Notes: a model not told the origin generated them from the sequence alone. A stretch of 64,000 nt of DNA from Deltaproteobacteria bacterium (GCA_020056965.1 JAGVGT010000083.1:2286-66285), one strand, 5' to 3'. Positions 54,223-64,000 are shown, numbered from the stretch's first letter. Numbers and translations are program-made.

Positions 54223-55182
54223 TCAACCCCGGGGATGAAACTTGCGGTGAATCTTCTTCAAACGCTCGCCGTCCACATGGGTGTAAATCTGGGTGGTGGT
54301 GATATCGGCATGGCCCAGCATCATCTGCACCGCCCGCAGATCGGCGCCGTGGGCGAGCAGGTGGGTGGCGAAGGAATGGCGCAGGGTATGGGGGCTGATC
54401 TGCTTGGCGATCCCGGCGGTAAAGACCGTTTCCTGGATAATCTGCCAGAAACGTAGCCGGGTCATGGCCTGCCCCCGCGAGGTGACGAAGAGCGCCACGC
54501 TGCGCCGTTTGTTCAGGAGCTGCGGGCGGCCTTGGCGCAGGTAGGTTTCGATTCTTTCCCGGGCCTGCTCGCCGAAGGGGACCAGCCGCTCCTTGGCGCC
54601 TTTGCCGAAGATGCGCAGGTGGCCGCCGGTCAGGTTAACTGCGGCCAGCGGCAGGTTAACCAGTTCGGAAACCCGCAGCCCCGAGGCGTAGAGCAGGTGG
54701 AGCATGGCGTGGTTGCGCAGGGCGAGCGGCGCGTTGCCGGCCGGGGCGGCCAGCAGCAGGGCGACCTCTGATTCGCTTAAGACCTTGGGCAGGGGGCGGC
54801 CCGGTTTGGGCAGGTCGATCTGGTCGGTGGGGTTGGTGGTCAGCAGCCCCTCGCCGACCAGAAACTTGAAGAAGCCCCGCAGGGCCGAAACCCGCCGGGC
54901 GTTGCTGCGGCTGGTAATGCCCTGCTGGTGGCAATAGGTCAGCCAACCGCGCAGATTTTCGGTGCGGATGGCGGTCAGCGTCTTAATGCGTTTGGAATAG
55001 AGGTAGAGAAAAAAGGCGGCCAGGTCGGCCTGGTAGGAACTGAGGGTGTTTTTGGCCAACCTTCGTTCGGCGGCCAGGTACTGCAGATAAGATTCCAGCT
55101 CCCGGTCGAAAGGGTGGGCGGTGGCCGATCGCTTCGGCCGGGTGGGCTGGACAGGGCTTCCGGGGTTAACCGGTTTGGGCAT
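54223..55182 (-). CDS. xerD: Site-specific tyrosine recombinase XerD
   Basis: [54 protein letters not shown]. Confidence 0.95.
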   Translation of the reverse strand: MPKPVNPGSPVQPTRPKRSATAHPFDRELESYLQYLAAERRLAKNTLSSYQADLAAFFLYLYSKRIKTLTAIRTENLRGWLTYCHQQGITSRSNARRVSALRGFFKFLVGEGLLTTNPTDQIDLPKPGRPLPKVLSESEVALLLAAPAGNAPLALRNHAMLHLLYASGLRVSELVNLPLAAVNLTGGHLRIFGKGAKERLVPFGEQARERIETYLRQGRPQLLNKRRSVALFVTSRGQAMTRLRFWQIIQETVFTAGIAKQISPHTLRHSFATHLLAHGADLRAVQMMLGHADITTTQIYTHVDGERLKKIHRKFHPRG

Positions 55183-55205
55183 GCGCGGAATCGGCGATTA
55201 GCCGA

Positions 55206-55400
55206 TTAACCGCGGGTCATGCGGTGCATCAGCTTACGGAGCTTGCGCTTGGATTCGGTGGACTTCCGGCGGCGCTTGTCGCTGGGCTTCTCGTAATATT
55301 CCCGGCGCTTGAGCTCTTTCTTCATGCCGTCCAGCTGCAACTTCTTCTTGAGAAAGCGCAGGGCCTGTTCCACGTCGCCTCTAACTTCAACCGTAATCAT
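55206..55400 (-). CDS. rpsU: 30S ribosomal protein S21
   Basis: EQALRFLKKK, REYYEKPSDKRRRK. Confidence 0.95.
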   Translation of the reverse strand: MITVEVRGDVEQALRFLKKKLQLDGMKKELKRREYYEKPSDKRRRKSTESKRKLRKLMHRMTRG

Positions 55401-55463
55401 CTGTTCTCCTGTCCTTATCAGTCTGGGCGTTAGTTGCCCTTTCGCGGTAAATGAAAGACGGAA

Positions 55464-55492
55464 TATATAGCGGATGGGTGGTCGGGTGTCAA
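55464..55492 (-). promoter_or_regulatory. Sigma70-type promoter for rpsU
   Basis: TTGACA-N17-TATATA on the minus strand. Confidence 0.55.
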
Positions 55493-55666
55493 ACCTTTTT
55501 TCGGATAGTCTGGGAAATCTTCGCTCGGCCCGTGGCCCGCAGGTTTCATTCGAACCGGCCTGTCCCGCGAAGGGGGGAAAGTCCCGGTATTAGTGTTTTG
55601 GCGTTGTTCGCCCGTGCGAAAAGCGGCTCAGCAGGCTGGCCACGGTTAGTTCCCTGCCGCAAGGAC

Positions 55667-55705
55667 AAAAAAGCCCGGGCCGTAGTATTACACGGCCCGG
55701 GCTTT
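55667..55705 (-). terminator. Intrinsic terminator of the tusA-dsrE operon
   Basis: 14-bp stem AAAGCCCGGGCCGT/ACGGCCCGGGCTTT with a U-tract on the minus strand. Confidence 0.85.
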
Positions 55706-55734
55706 GTAGGCAGTATCGGCCGATCAGCGGCGAA

Positions 55735-55908
55735 TTACCACCAGCTGATGGTCTGGTCGGCGGCGAAGATCTTGTCGACCAGGGCGCTGTAATCGGGGCT
55801 CTCGGTGTTCAGGCTGAAGCTGTCGGACTCGCGGTCCCGGGTGACGATCTCCACCAGTTTCTTGACGGTGGCGTCGGGCTCGGAGCGGTATACATTAAGA
55901 ACTTTCAT
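55735..55908 (-). CDS. 57-aa DsrH/TusB-like conserved hypothetical protein (not in ORF track)
   Basis: MKVLNVYRSEPD...DYSALVDKIFAADQTISWW; AGGAG RBS. Confidence 0.8.
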   Translation of the reverse strand: MKVLNVYRSEPDATVKKLVEIVTRDRESDSFSLNTESPDYSALVDKIFAADQTISWW

Positions 55909-55925
55909 GGCGGTTCTCCTTCTCC

Positions 55926-56237
55926 TTATTTGATGCCGTAAGGAATGACGACAGTCATCTCGCGCAGTTTCTCGCCGAGTTCCTCAATGGTCATGGCCTC
56001 GAAACCGCAGGTCTCGACGTTGGCCGGCACGGTGGTGTAGATCTCGCCTTCCATGTCGCGCAGCATCTCGATGCTTTCCTGCTGATTCTCATCCAGTGCG
56101 GGCATCTCGTTGTCCATGACTACGCCGTAGGCGTACATGTTTTCCACGGCCAGGCCCAGGGCGGAACGAATTCCGTCCATGGTGTAATCCTTGTTCCGAT
56201 ACATGAAGCAGACTTTCTTGTACTCTGACATTTTCAT
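55926..56237 (-). CDS. DsrF-like conserved hypothetical protein
   Basis: DGIRSALGLAVEN, EELGEKLREMTVVIPY; AGGAG RBS. Confidence 0.75.
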   Translation of the reverse strand: MKMSEYKKVCFMYRNKDYTMDGIRSALGLAVENMYAYGVVMDNEMPALDENQQESIEMLRDMEGEIYTTVPANVETCGFEAMTIEELGEKLREMTVVIPYGIK

Positions 56238-56244
56238 CTCCTCC

Positions 56245-56559
56245 TTATAGGCTCAGATAGCAGTCGTAATCTTCGAGGATGGCGCCGTGCTGGGCCTGGG
56301 TCGCCATTTTCTTGGCGTCCAGACCGACCGGGATGTCGTTGCGGTCAAAGCCCATCTTCTGATAGCTGTCCACGCAGATCGAAACGTCGTCGGCCAGCTT
56401 GCAGAGCTCGGGGAAATCAGGATTTTTGGCGTTCTTGGTGCCGGCCCAGGTAAAGAATACCTTGACCTTTGAACCCTTGGCTTTGGCCGCCTTGACGATG
56501 CCCATGACGTGCCGCCAGTTGTCGGGATTGGTGACAAATATGCCTAAACTCTTTGCCAT
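56245..56559 (-). CDS. DsrE-related sulfur relay protein
   Basis: LGIFVT, VKVFFTWAG, SICVDS. Confidence 0.8.
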   Translation of the reverse strand: MAKSLGIFVTNPDNWRHVMGIVKAAKAKGSKVKVFFTWAGTKNAKNPDFPELCKLADDVSICVDSYQKMGFDRNDIPVGLDAKKMATQAQHGAILEDYDCYLSL

Positions 56560-56638
56560 GTTAACCTCCAGTTTAAAAAGTGGTGGCGCAACGGTTAACG
56601 CGCCGTTGCGCCATTAGTGTCAGCGGGAATAGTCTGGA

Positions 56639-56896
56639 TCAACCTTTTTTAATGTAAAAACGGATGAAGCCGGTATCTTCCTTCTCGCCCAAAAACTGAT
56701 GGCCTGAACGCTCAGCCCAACCTGGCAGGTCGTTGCGGGAGCCGGGATCGGTGCCGAGAATCTCAAGAACCTGGCCGGAGGCGATCTTCTCGATCTCCTT
56801 CTTGGTGCGCAGCAGCGGCATGGGGCAGCTCAGTCCCTTGGCGTCCAGGGTGCGGTCTGCGGTGATTCCGTCTGGGGCTACTTTGTTGTCACTCAT
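56639..56896 (-). CDS. tusA: Sulfurtransferase TusA family
   Basis: LDAKGLSCPMPLL, TDPGSRNDLPGW; AGGAGG RBS. Confidence 0.93.
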   Translation of the reverse strand: MSDNKVAPDGITADRTLDAKGLSCPMPLLRTKKEIEKIASGQVLEILGTDPGSRNDLPGWAERSGHQFLGEKEDTGFIRFYIKKG

Positions 56897-57021
56897 ATTA
56901 CTCCTCCTTGGTGATTTTTGGGCTTTCAGGGCCGTGAAACGGGGTGGTGCAAGCCACCATTTTGCCAATCCCTAGTTTATACAGCGACTAACAACTTGGA
57001 TTTGTAGTTAACAAGAAAAAA

Positions 57022-57218
57022 TCTCTACCAAGATTCAGGAGGTGTGTCAAGCGGTAAATGAATGATTATTCACCGTCCGGAAACTCCTGGATAATCAGGG
57101 GAAAACTTTGATGCTAGCGGAAGGCTAGGCTCGGAACTAATCAGGAATTGCTAGCACAATGTGGTAGGGCCTTAAGGCCGGTATGAGGCTTGACAAAATT
57201 CGGTGCCACGAGTAAAGA
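57022..57218. promoter_or_regulatory. Divergent sigma70-like promoters for tusA and yeeE
   Basis: Minus strand TTGACA-N17-TAGAGA (57050-57022); plus strand TTGACA-N17-TAAAGA (57190-57218). Confidence 0.5.
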
Positions 57219-57333
57219 AATTTACGTTCGGTTTCCAGGCAGGGCCGAGGGGGTGGGTGCGGGTTCGGTCTGGCAGTACGGACTGCGGTCTGCAAATTAC
57301 CAGAGACATAAATTAATTCAGGAGGGAATCCAG

Positions 57334-58569
57334 ATGAGTGGAAGTGTGCTGGGAAGCAAGTTCAAGGAACTTTACAAGACCTGGTGCCAGGAGGAGTGGA
57401 ATCCTTACATGGTCGGGGTCATCATCGCCTTTCTCAGCGTGCTGATGTTGGCCTGGTCGCGGCCTTGGGGCGCGGTTGGCGCCGTCCGCAATTGGGGCGA
57501 GTGGATTCTCTACGGAGTTGGGGTCTTGGAAGAGGCGCCCGGTGGCTTCCTTACCGATACCGGCTCGGTGATCGGCATCGGCTTTATCGGTGGCGCTTTC
57601 CTTTCCGCCTGTCTGGGCAACCAATTTGCCCTGCGGGTTCCCCCTGCTCGTGAATTGGTTAAAGCGGTTATCGCCGGCATTTTGATGGGCATCGGTGCTG
57701 CCCTGGCTGGGGGTTGTAATGTCGGCGGTTTTTATAACGCCATCGGCAATCTCTCTGCCCACGGTTTTGCCATGTGGGTAGGATTGGTCGTGGGGGCGGT
57801 TACTGGTCTCAAACTTATCTATCTGGAGATGGAGCATATCTCTTGGGGTAGCGGTGGTGCCAAGACTATCGAGCTTCCCTTTAAGTTACAGTTGACCATG
57901 GGCATTGTCGCTTTGTTCGCCTTGATCTGGGGGGCCTATCACTATGCCGGCTTCACCGGTAATGAAGATGAAGAACTGGCCGCTCTGGGCAAGCTGGGTG
58001 GGATCATCCTGATCGCTGCCGCCCTGGGTTACTCGATGCAACGGGGGCGTTGGTGCATGATTCAGGGTTTCCGGGAGCCGCACATGACCGGCGACTGTAC
58101 CTTGGCCAAATCGGTAGCTTTAAGCGTACTCCTTTGCGCCTTGGGCGGGGTGATCATTAAAGCCGCCGGGGTGGCTAATGTTGCCCATTATGTGCGCGGC
58201 ACCTTCGGCTGGGGTGGCTTGGTCGGCGGCTTCATCTTCGGCCTGGGCGCCATGTTTGCCGGGGGTTGCGGAACCGGCACCCTCTGGCGGGTCGGTGAGG
58301 GGCAGATCAAGCTGTGGCTGGTGCTGCCGATCTTCGGGATCACCAACGCCCTGATGATCGGCTGGTTCAAGGGCATGGGCGAGGACGGCCTGGAAGGTGT
58401 TTTCGCCGAAGGCGAGATCGTCAGCGGCGGACTCGGCAAGTTCGTTTATATGCCGGATACCTTCCTGGGCTATGGTGGCACTCTGATCCTCATCACCCTG
58501 GCCATGGCGGCCTGGTATCTGTTGGTGAAATGGAACGAGGACTCCAATAAGTTGATCGTGCCCATGTGA
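57334..58569 (+). CDS. YeeE/YedE family sulfur-compound transporter
   Basis: GAALAGGCNVG, QRGRWCM, GAMFAGGCGTG; many TM helices; AGGAGG RBS. Confidence 0.92.
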   Translation: MSGSVLGSKFKELYKTWCQEEWNPYMVGVIIAFLSVLMLAWSRPWGAVGAVRNWGEWILYGVGVLEEAPGGFLTDTGSVIGIGFIGGAFLSACLGNQFALRVPPARELVKAVIAGILMGIGAALAGGCNVGGFYNAIGNLSAHGFAMWVGLVVGAVTGLKLIYLEMEHISWGSGGAKTIELPFKLQLTMGIVALFALIWGAYHYAGFTGNEDEELAALGKLGGIILIAAALGYSMQRGRWCMIQGFREPHMTGDCTLAKSVALSVLLCALGGVIIKAAGVANVAHYVRGTFGWGGLVGGFIFGLGAMFAGGCGTGTLWRVGEGQIKLWLVLPIFGITNALMIGWFKGMGEDGLEGVFAEGEIVSGGLGKFVYMPDTFLGYGGTLILITLAMAAWYLLVKWNEDSNKLIVPM

Positions 58570-58797
58570 AGTGTCGCCCCGGTCTCGGGGTGAAGATAGA
58601 GCGGCCGCCGGCCGCTACGGCCAGGCGCGCCTGCATCTTCGGTTGCAGACGCGCCTTCTTCTTTCGGCTGGATAAATAGCACTTGACTGCCGGGGCAGTT
58701 AGGCCATAGCCTTGAGCGTGGTACAGTTTTTAGACCTCTCGGATGATTTTTAATGGAACAAATTGTTCCTGACCATAACCACCCTTATTGATAAATC

Positions 58798-60765
58798 ATG
58801 GTTGAATCAGTATCCGGCCTGCGCCAGCACGTTTCCATTCCCACCGATCAGCTTCTGCTGCCGGGCGAGAAGGTCTATATCGTCGATGACGATCCGGCCA
58901 TCCGGGAGCCGTTGCGGATCTTCCTGGAAGAACAGGGATTGGTGGTAGGCGAGGCTGCCAGCGGTGAGGAATATCTGGACTTGCTGGAGCGGGACGACAC
59001 CGCCCTGGTGCTCCTTGATATCGGTCTGCCCGATCGGGACGGCCGCTCGGTGCTCGCTCAGATTGTGGCGAAAAAGCCGGATGTGGCCGTGGTCATGCTC
59101 ACCGGCGTGGCCGATCTCAAGGTCGCCTTGGAGTGCATCCGGGAGGGGGCCGACGATTACCTCTCCAAACCGGTCCAGTTCACCGAGATTCTCTTCGTGG
59201 TCAAGAAAGCTCTGGAAAAGCGGCGGCTGATTTTTGAGAACCGCAAGTATCACGAAGATCTGGAAAAGGCCCATTTTCGCATCCATGTGCTCCACCAGCT
59301 GTCGGTAAAGATGAACACCGCCTACCTGAGTACCGTCGAACTCGACGAGATCATGCAGGCGGTCCTGGTCGGGATCACCGCCGAGGAAGGGTTGCGTTTT
59401 AATCGCGCCTTTTTGGCCTTGTTCGACGACGATAACCAGTACCTGGTGGGCAAGATGGCCATCGGGCCCGACTGCCGGGAGGAGGCTGGCCGGATCTGGT
59501 CGGAGATCCAGGAAAGGTCCTTGAGTTTCCTGGAGATTGTCCATGGCTTTCGGGAAGGTTGCAAGGAGTTGGACCGGGAGGTCAACCGGATCATCAAAGT
59601 CTTGCGGATTCCCGTGGCCGATCAGGAGAATATCCTGATTAAATCGGCCCGGGAGCGGCGGAGCATCCTGGTGAGCCGCGAGAATGGCAGTGTGCCGAGG
59701 CCGCTGGAACGGCGGACCCCGATGTTCACCGAGGACCAGCACCTATGGCCAGCAGTCGTGGAAAGGCGCGGGGAAGAGGTGACAGAGCTGGCGATACCCC
59801 ATGAACTGATCGCCCTGCTCCGGGAGGATACCTTTGTGGTGGTGCCGCTTTTCTCGCCCAGTCGCGCTTTCGGGGTGATCATCGCCGATAATTACGTTAC
59901 CGGCCAACCGATCAGCCAAAACGACATCGGTTCCCTGGAGCTGTTCGCCAGTCAGGCCAGTCTGGCCATCGAACACAGCCATCTTTACCAGGATCAGCAG
60001 CGGAAGATCGCCGAACTGGAGGAATTGACCGAGGAGCTTAATAAAAACAAGGACCTGCTGGTCGAGGCCGAACGCTTCTCTGCCCTGGGGCAGATGGCGG
60101 CGCAGCTGGTCCATTCCATCCGCAACCCCGTCACCTCCATCGGCGGCATTGCCAGAATCCTGGTGCGCAAGCCGGCCAGTGCCGAACAGAAAAAATTTCT
60201 CGATGTGGTGGGTAAGGAGTCGGCCCGGTTGGAGCAGATTCTCGACGATTTATACAGCTATACCGACCAGTTCAATGTTCTTGATCTGGCCCCGGTCGAG
60301 CTGTGCAGCCTGCTGCAACGTACTCAGCTTCTGCTGCAGGCCGACATGGTCAGGCAGGCTGTGGTCTGGAAAATTTCGGGCTGCGAGGAGGCGATCTGGC
60401 TGAACGCCGATCAACGGCATCTGCGCCAGTTGTTTCTCCACCTGTTCAGAAACGCCCTCGATGCCATGCCGGAGGGGGGGGAGCTGGCGGTGGCGGTGGG
60501 TCTGGATGACCCGTGGCTCCGGGTAACGGTGCGGGACAACGGCGTCGGTATGCCCGAGGATTATCTGGGCAAGGTTACCGACCCATTTTTTACCACCAAG
60601 ACCTACGGGACCGGCATGGGGCTCACCCTGGTGGAAAAAATTCTCAAGACCCATGGCGGTAATTTCACCATTGCCAAGCGACCTGGCGGTGGCTTGGAGG
60701 TCCAGGTCAATCTGCCGCTTACCCTTTCGATCTCCACTCCCGTACCCGTAAAATTGCCACAATAG
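58798..60765 (+). CDS. Cytoplasmic hybrid kinase (REC-GAF-HisKA-HATPase)
   Basis: IVDDD, LLDIGLPD, KP, GLRFNRAFL, LVHSIRNP, DNGVG, GTGMGL. Confidence 0.9.
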   Translation: MVESVSGLRQHVSIPTDQLLLPGEKVYIVDDDPAIREPLRIFLEEQGLVVGEAASGEEYLDLLERDDTALVLLDIGLPDRDGRSVLAQIVAKKPDVAVVMLTGVADLKVALECIREGADDYLSKPVQFTEILFVVKKALEKRRLIFENRKYHEDLEKAHFRIHVLHQLSVKMNTAYLSTVELDEIMQAVLVGITAEEGLRFNRAFLALFDDDNQYLVGKMAIGPDCREEAGRIWSEIQERSLSFLEIVHGFREGCKELDREVNRIIKVLRIPVADQENILIKSARERRSILVSRENGSVPRPLERRTPMFTEDQHLWPAVVERRGEEVTELAIPHELIALLREDTFVVVPLFSPSRAFGVIIADNYVTGQPISQNDIGSLELFASQASLAIEHSHLYQDQQRKIAELEELTEELNKNKDLLVEAERFSALGQMAAQLVHSIRNPVTSIGGIARILVRKPASAEQKKFLDVVGKESARLEQILDDLYSYTDQFNVLDLAPVELCSLLQRTQLLLQADMVRQAVVWKISGCEEAIWLNADQRHLRQLFLHLFRNALDAMPEGGELAVAVGLDDPWLRVTVRDNGVGMPEDYLGKVTDPFFTTKTYGTGMGLTLVEKILKTHGGNFTIAKRPGGGLEVQVNLPLTLSISTPVPVKLPQ

Positions 60766-60834
60766 CCCAGCGGTCGGGCTGCCCAGACAACGTCTCCCTC
60801 CGTGCCCCCCCCCCCAAAAAAAAAAACTGAAAAT

Positions 60835-62319
60835 TTAGACCTCAGGCTCGGCTTTGCTTGAGCTGGGTCCCCGCGCCCGGGAGAGGGCGGCGCCGGCCAG
60901 CCCGACCACGGCCGCGACTATCAGCGCCCCCCGCAGGGCGGTAAGAAAAGCCTCGGCCTGATCCGGGTGGTAGTCCCGTAGGTCCAGGCCGCCGGTCTGC
61001 TGGCTGAAAATTCGGGCAAAGACCAGGGTGGCCAGCGAGATGCCGAGGAGCATCCCGAGATTCCTGGCGGCGGCCAGGAGGGCGGCGGCGGTACCGGAGC
61101 GGTGGAGTTGAGTGTGGGCCAACACCGCCGCGCTATTGGGGGAAAGGAACAGGGACTGCCCCGCCCCCAACAGGGCCAGGTGGATGGTCAAGGTGGTGAG
61201 GCTGGTCTCCGCTCCGGTGGTGGCCAACAGAAACAAGGCAATCGCACTGCACAGCAGGCCGAGGGTGGCGAGCCGGCTGCGGTCAACCAGGTCGGAAAGC
61301 CAGCCGGCCAGGGGCGAGGTCAGCATGATCGAGGCTGGAATGGCCATCATGATCAGGCCGATGTCGGAGGGGGCCATGCCCCGCAGGTGATCCAGATAAA
61401 ACGGGGTCAGGATGATGGCGCCGAAGAGACTCGCGAAGGAGAGGGCGGCGCTGACAATGCCGAGGCAGAAGAAACGGTCTGCGAAGATGTCCAGCGGCAA
61501 TAGTGGATGTTTGACCTGTTTCTCGATGGCCAAGAAGCCGGCCAGTAAAAAGGGGATGGGGATGGTCAGGAAGATGAGCGGTGCCCGCGACCCGTTATCG
61601 GCAAGGCGGGTCAGGAGCAGGGAGAAGAGGCAAAGGATGGCGGCGAGGATAACTGAGCCGAGCCAGTCGATGGGAGCGCCCCGGGAGCTTCGGTGCATGG
61701 GCAGGTAGCGGACGGCCAGGATGGAAAAGAGTAGGCCGATGGGCACGGTAAGATAGAAAAGCGCCCGCCAGGAAAAAAACTGGATCAACAGGCCGCCCAG
61801 ACCCGGGCCGGACATCAGCCCCAGGGAAACGGCGATGCCGAGTAATCCCAGGGCGCGCCCCAACTGCTCGGGGGGGAAGCTGTCGCGGATAATGGCCGGG
61901 CCGGTGGCCATCATCATCGCCGCGCCCAACCCCTGGGCGAACCGCGCAATGACCAGACTGGACAATCCGGGCGAAATGGCGCAGCTCAGGGAGCCGATCG
62001 CGAAGATCAGCATGCCGGTTCCGTAGACCCGGCCCCGGCCAAGCCGGTCGCCCAGGTGGCCCCAGAAGAGCAGGCTGGCGGTGGTGCTCAGAAGGTAGGC
62101 GAGAACCACCCATTCGGTGTCGTGCATGGGGCTGTGAAAATGGCGCATGAGGGTGGGCAGGGCGATGTTCACCATACTGCTGTCGAGGGTGGACATGAAC
62201 ACCCCCACAGCCACGATCAGAAATTTCTGCCACTTGTCGGGGTAATGTTCCAACGGAATTTGCTCGGGGGGTGGCGGGGCGAGGGACGCTTTTCCGGCGG
62301 CCCGGAAGCTGAGCGACAA
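60835..62319 (-). CDS. MFS transporter, DHA2/EmrB-like
   Basis: FMSTLDSSMVNIALP, GHLGDRLGRGR, ARFAQGLG. Confidence 0.92.
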   Translation of the reverse strand: MSLSFRAAGKASLAPPPPEQIPLEHYPDKWQKFLIVAVGVFMSTLDSSMVNIALPTLMRHFHSPMHDTEWVVLAYLLSTTASLLFWGHLGDRLGRGRVYGTGMLIFAIGSLSCAISPGLSSLVIARFAQGLGAAMMMATGPAIIRDSFPPEQLGRALGLLGIAVSLGLMSGPGLGGLLIQFFSWRALFYLTVPIGLLFSILAVRYLPMHRSSRGAPIDWLGSVILAAILCLFSLLLTRLADNGSRAPLIFLTIPIPFLLAGFLAIEKQVKHPLLPLDIFADRFFCLGIVSAALSFASLFGAIILTPFYLDHLRGMAPSDIGLIMMAIPASIMLTSPLAGWLSDLVDRSRLATLGLLCSAIALFLLATTGAETSLTTLTIHLALLGAGQSLFLSPNSAAVLAHTQLHRSGTAAALLAAARNLGMLLGISLATLVFARIFSQQTGGLDLRDYHPDQAEAFLTALRGALIVAAVVGLAGAALSRARGPSSSKAEPEV

Positions 62320-62362
62320 CCGGGGCGCCGTTAATTGGTTAGCTCAAAGCCATTTGGGCTGG

Positions 62363-62791
62363 TTACTCCCAGCTGTTGACGTCGGCGTCCTCACCGGTAC
62401 CGCCGGCCTTGTTGTCACCGCCCATGGAAATGATGTCAACCTCGCCGTGTTGGCCGGGGATTTGATAGACATACGGGTGGTTCCAGGGATCCTGGGGCAG
62501 CTGGCCCTTGGCCAGGTAAGGTCCGGCCCATTCCTGCGTGCCGGGATTGTTGATCAGGGAGTTCAACCCGTCCTGCTGGGAGGGGTAGCTGCCCACGTCC
62601 AGGCGATAGGCGTCCAGGGCGGCCATCAGCATGCCGATCTGGGCCTTGGCGGTTTTCTGCTTGGCCTTGCCCAGCTGGCCGAAAAGTTTGGGACCGACCA
62701 GGGAGGCCAAAAGGCCGATGATCACCATGACGATCATGATCTCGATCAACGAAAAACCCCGGTTGTCGCGGGTGTTCAGCTTGCAGCGCAT
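62363..62791 (-). CDS. gspG: Type II secretion major pseudopilin
   Basis: RG|FSLIEIMIV, ALDAYRLDVGSYP, WAGPYL, DPWNHPY, SMGGD. Confidence 0.95.
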   Translation of the reverse strand: MRCKLNTRDNRGFSLIEIMIVMVIIGLLASLVGPKLFGQLGKAKQKTAKAQIGMLMAALDAYRLDVGSYPSQQDGLNSLINNPGTQEWAGPYLAKGQLPQDPWNHPYVYQIPGQHGEVDIISMGGDNKAGGTGEDADVNSWE

Positions 62792-62798
62792 GGGCGTC

Positions 62799-63848
62799 TC
62801 ACTTTTTCGGTTTATTTGTTTGGCGGTTCTTCTGGAACCGGGAAACGGCCCGGTTGTGCTCGGGCAGGGACTTGGAAAAGTAATGTGAACCGTCGTTTTT
62901 TGAAACAAAATAATAATAATCACCTTCCGCTGCCGGCGCCATCACCGCTTGAATGGCGGCCTGGCCAGGGTTGGCGATGGGTCCAGGCGGCAACCCTTGA
63001 ATCAGATAGGTGTTGTAAGGGGTGGGGGTCATCAGGTCCAGCTTGGTCAAGTTGCCGTTAAAAGCCTTGATTCCATAGATCACGGTTGGGTCGGTCTGCA
63101 GTTTCATGTTGTCGCGCAGCCGGTTGAGGAAGACCCGGGCGATCAACGGGCGTTCGGCGGCCAGGCCGGTCTCCTTCTCGACGATGGAGGCCAGGGTCAG
63201 GACCTGGTGGGCGTTGAGCCCGTACGCCGGCAACCCCGAAGCCGCGCCGGTGGCGGCGAGGACCTTGCGGGTCTGGGCGACCATGGTGGCGAGAAAGGCG
63301 CGGATATTGAAGCCCCCCCGCTCCAGGAAATAGGTCTCGGGGAAAAGGTAACCTTCCAGACTGGGGGCTTGGATTCCCAGTTCGGCGAGAAACTTGGGAT
63401 CGGTGATGGCGGTGCGGAACTCCGACTCGCTGGTCCAACCCTCTTTGCTCAGGAGGGCGCCGATCTGCTTAAGGTTGGCGCCTTCCGGGATGGTCAGGGG
63501 GTGCTTGATTGACGAGCCGCGGTAGAGTTGGCGCAGGACCTGGTAGGGAGTGGGGCGGCCGCTGAACCGGTATTCCCCCGGGTGCAGGGCCTTGCTGACC
63601 CCCATCAGTTTGGCCAGGAGCCGGAAGCGGAGATCGGAGCGCAGCACCCCGGCCGCGGCCAGCTTTCCTTCAATGGCCGTAAAGGAGGAGGCGGCCGGGA
63701 TGATCACCGTTACTTCCGGGGTGGGCGTGGCTGGCCCGGGCCGATAGGCGTAGCTGCTCAGCCAGAGCAGCAGGAGAATGGCCGCCAGAAAGGCCCAGGG
63801 GGCGCCCTTCCGGTAGAGTTCCGCAAATCTCTCCTGCTGCCAGTGCAT
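62799..63848 (-). CDS. mltG: Endolytic transglycosylase
   Basis: TIPEG, LEGYLFPETY, LASIVEKE, LQTDPTVIY, YNTY, GLPPGPIANPG. Confidence 0.96.
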   Translation of the reverse strand: MHWQQERFAELYRKGAPWAFLAAILLLLWLSSYAYRPGPATPTPEVTVIIPAASSFTAIEGKLAAAGVLRSDLRFRLLAKLMGVSKALHPGEYRFSGRPTPYQVLRQLYRGSSIKHPLTIPEGANLKQIGALLSKEGWTSESEFRTAITDPKFLAELGIQAPSLEGYLFPETYFLERGGFNIRAFLATMVAQTRKVLAATGAASGLPAYGLNAHQVLTLASIVEKETGLAAERPLIARVFLNRLRDNMKLQTDPTVIYGIKAFNGNLTKLDLMTPTPYNTYLIQGLPPGPIANPGQAAIQAVMAPAAEGDYYYFVSKNDGSHYFSKSLPEHNRAVSRFQKNRQTNKPKK

Positions 63849-63872
63849 GTTCGGCCCGATCCAGCGCCACAA

Positions 63873-64000
63873 TTAGAAGAGGTGGGGGAAGGCCTGGTCC
63901 ATGTTCTTGACCGGGATGAACTTCAGCTGCTTGCGCAGGTCTTCGGGGATGTCCACCAGATCCTTCTGGTTCTGGTCCGGGATGATGATGGTCTTGATTC
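63873..64000 (-). CDS. lon: Lon protease, C-terminal end (partial)
   Basis: IKTIIIPDQNQKDLVDIPEDLRKQLKFIPVKNMDQ. Confidence 0.85.
   Translation of the reverse strand, partial: IKTIIIPDQNQKDLVDIPEDLRKQLKFIPVKNMDQAFPHLF

Noticed and set aside
54223-55182. XerD as the integrase of a second mobile element or of the inovirus
   Set aside because: Canonical chromosomal XerD in a housekeeping context; the phage has its own integrase and tmRNA att sites.
60805-60826. C11A11 homopolymer run
   Set aside because: Lies between convergent genes, outside any ORF or promoter, so phase variation is unsupported; could be a terminator remnant or sequencing artefact.

Overview
A GC-rich bacterial chromosome segment. 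Gene content and protein style suggest Desulfobacterota (Desulfobulbales, Desulfurivibrio-like); this is an inference, as no marker search was run. 1-21.6 kb is housekeeping (YvcK-like, prmA-like, queE/queD, amidase, mutS, yggU/divIVA/yggT, metG, holB, yhaM, purL). It carries several unrelated palindromic or short-repeat elements, a truncated HIT gene joined to a RAYT remnant, and an in-frame TAA inside purL. 22.0-33.3 kb is a type IV pilus minor-pilin cluster (fimT-pilW-pilV-pilX-orf-pilY1-pilE) plus a PilB/GspE ATPase; the PilY1 carries a large Cys-rich insertion. smpB-ssrA follows. An apparently complete 9,158-bp filamentous prophage (inovirus) is integrated in the tmRNA 3' end, bounded by a 26-bp direct repeat (34268-34293 / 43426-43451). 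It is the most unusual part of the window: seven small membrane-protein genes including two apparent pairs of coat paralogues, a pIII-like protein built from seven 4-Cys repeats, a small protein ending in a clamp-binding-like motif, a Zn-ribbon integrase, and no secretin. 44-64 kb holds sensor kinases, a CBS/CCA-type nucleotidyltransferase, xerD, rpsU, a yeeE-tusA-dsrE (YTD-type) sulfur-trafficking cluster, an MFS transporter, gspG, mltG and the end of lon. All calls come from reading motifs by eye.
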